Translations under genes and position numbers: made by a program
Shown here: positions 63,036 through 64,000 of the stretch, one piece after another
How the letters are laid out: the number at the start of each line of letters is the position of its first letter
How positions within the stretch are numbered: position 1 is the stretch's first letter
From: Candidatus Latescibacterota bacterium
GTDB taxonomy: Bacteria; Latescibacterota; UBA2968; GCA-2709665
Assembly: GCA_963667175.2 (NCBI GenBank)
Contig: CAXXXF010000010.1
Location: forward strand, 1 to 64,000
Length of the DNA: 64,000 nt
Direction of reading: 5' to 3'
Notes under the pieces: model-generated
Told to the model about the DNA's origin: nothing
Databases searched by the model: none
Seen by the model: the letters and a program-made list of their open reading frames with translations, nothing else

Positions 63036-64000
63036 CTATGGATCGCTCGATGGCGGTTGCGGCGCGACGTCTGAAGGCGTGGGAATTGTAATCTGCTGTT
63101 TATGCTTAGCCCACATTTTTCCTTTATTGGACGCGATAAACTTGACAGTGGATGAATTTTCAAAAATCAATGTCATTAGATGATAGGCAGTAAGGACGTA
63201 ATCTTGTAGAACCTGATCGTCTTCCAGGAATTCCAGATTCAACCCGAGTTCCTTCAATTTATCGGTGCCAATCCTCTGGCCATGAACATGGATCTGACCG
63301 TGGTCCGATGTATCCTCTGCGTTGAAATATGCGGCGACGATCTCGGCCTTCTTTGTTCTGCTGCTTTCATCTCTTATGTTATTGAACATTCGGCTCTGTA
63401 GCCAATCAATCACCAACTCCTTGCTGTATGTTAACGCCTTGTGGGCTTCCAGAACAAGCGAAGGTCCCATATTTTGCAAAATCGGCGCCCAAAGATGGGC
63501 TAATTTAGTATCCTCTTGGATGTCCTCGCGCGCGCGATTAAATCCTTCTTGAATTGCCCTCGCTGAATGGGTCTTGTTTCCTATTCCAAAATGCGGATCG
63601 ATCGGTCCAAGCTGGCTCTGTTTGCCAAGTACCAACAAATCACAAGCGAGACATATCATCGCACCGCCCGACATTGCAAGATACGGTACGGCCACATCAA
63701 TCCGATCAAATTTTGCATGTAGATATTCAACAATACTCTCGACCGCGTTAGGGTCTCCACCAGGAGTATGCAGTATCAAGAGAAGGCCCTTGTCCGTGCG
63801 CGCTTCGTAAAGCGCGTTCATGAATCCATTGACATCCTCTCGAGTTATACTTGCATCGTCGTCCGTCTTTTGTAGAAAAGCGGATGCGTAATAGATGACT
63901 GAGGTCCCGCCACGATTCCTTGAGATCGCATCCAGGCACTCGATCAGCTTCTTAACAAGCCAATTGGGATCTTGGGCCTTAGATAGCTCTTGCTGAAAAC
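63036..64000 (-). CDS. ClpP-class serine protease, SDH/SppA-like (5' partial)
   Basis: LILHTPGG, AMSGGAMI and LGPIDP motifs; frame stays open to the window end; AT-rich. Confidence 0.85.
   Translation of the reverse strand, partial: FQQELSKAQDPNWLVKKLIECLDAISRNRGGTSVIYYASAFLQKTDDDASITREDVNGFMNALYEARTDKGLLLILHTPGGDPNAVESIVEYLHAKFDRIDVAVPYLAMSGGAMICLACDLLVLGKQSQLGPIDPHFGIGNKTHSARAIQEGFNRAREDIQEDTKLAHLWAPILQNMGPSLVLEAHKALTYSKELVIDWLQSRMFNNIRDESSRTKKAEIVAAYFNAEDTSDHGQIHVHGQRIGTDKLKELGLNLEFLEDDQVLQDYVLTAYHLMTLIFENSSTVKFIASNKGKMWAKHKQQITIPTPSDVAPQPPSSDP

Overview
GC-rich bacterial chromosomal segment with no rRNA, tRNA or CRISPR array detected. Gene content (TonB and a TonB-dependent receptor, heparinase II/III, BNR-repeat, ankyrin, PhyH and Uma2 proteins) suggests a diderm heterotroph, possibly a Latescibacterota/Gemmatimonadota-like MAG; this is inference only. 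Most of the window is catabolic and housekeeping genes (acetolactate synthase, proA, acyl-CoA ligases, thiolase/DUF35, uxuA, HpcH aldolase, ABC-F, Lhr, MFS). An AT-richer accessory block at about 4.1-10.7 kb holds a proteasome-beta-like Ntn hydrolase, GmrSD, Uma2 and a RelE-type TA pair. The most striking signal is non-coding. Eight copies of a 19-33 bp hairpin, CCTGYCTG...CAGGCAGG, sit precisely and without target duplication inside other repeats (REPs and MITEs), and empty-site versions are visible in the same window. Also notable: an IS5-like MITE family with 4-bp TSDs and a second MITE nested in one copy; an MNT-HEPN toxin-antitoxin cassette bracketed by a 39-bp duplication of the uxuA 3' end; and an ORF-less group II intron inserted antisense into a BNR-4 gene with a perfect EBS1/IBS1 match. 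Several single-base frameshifts look like systematic sequencing errors.
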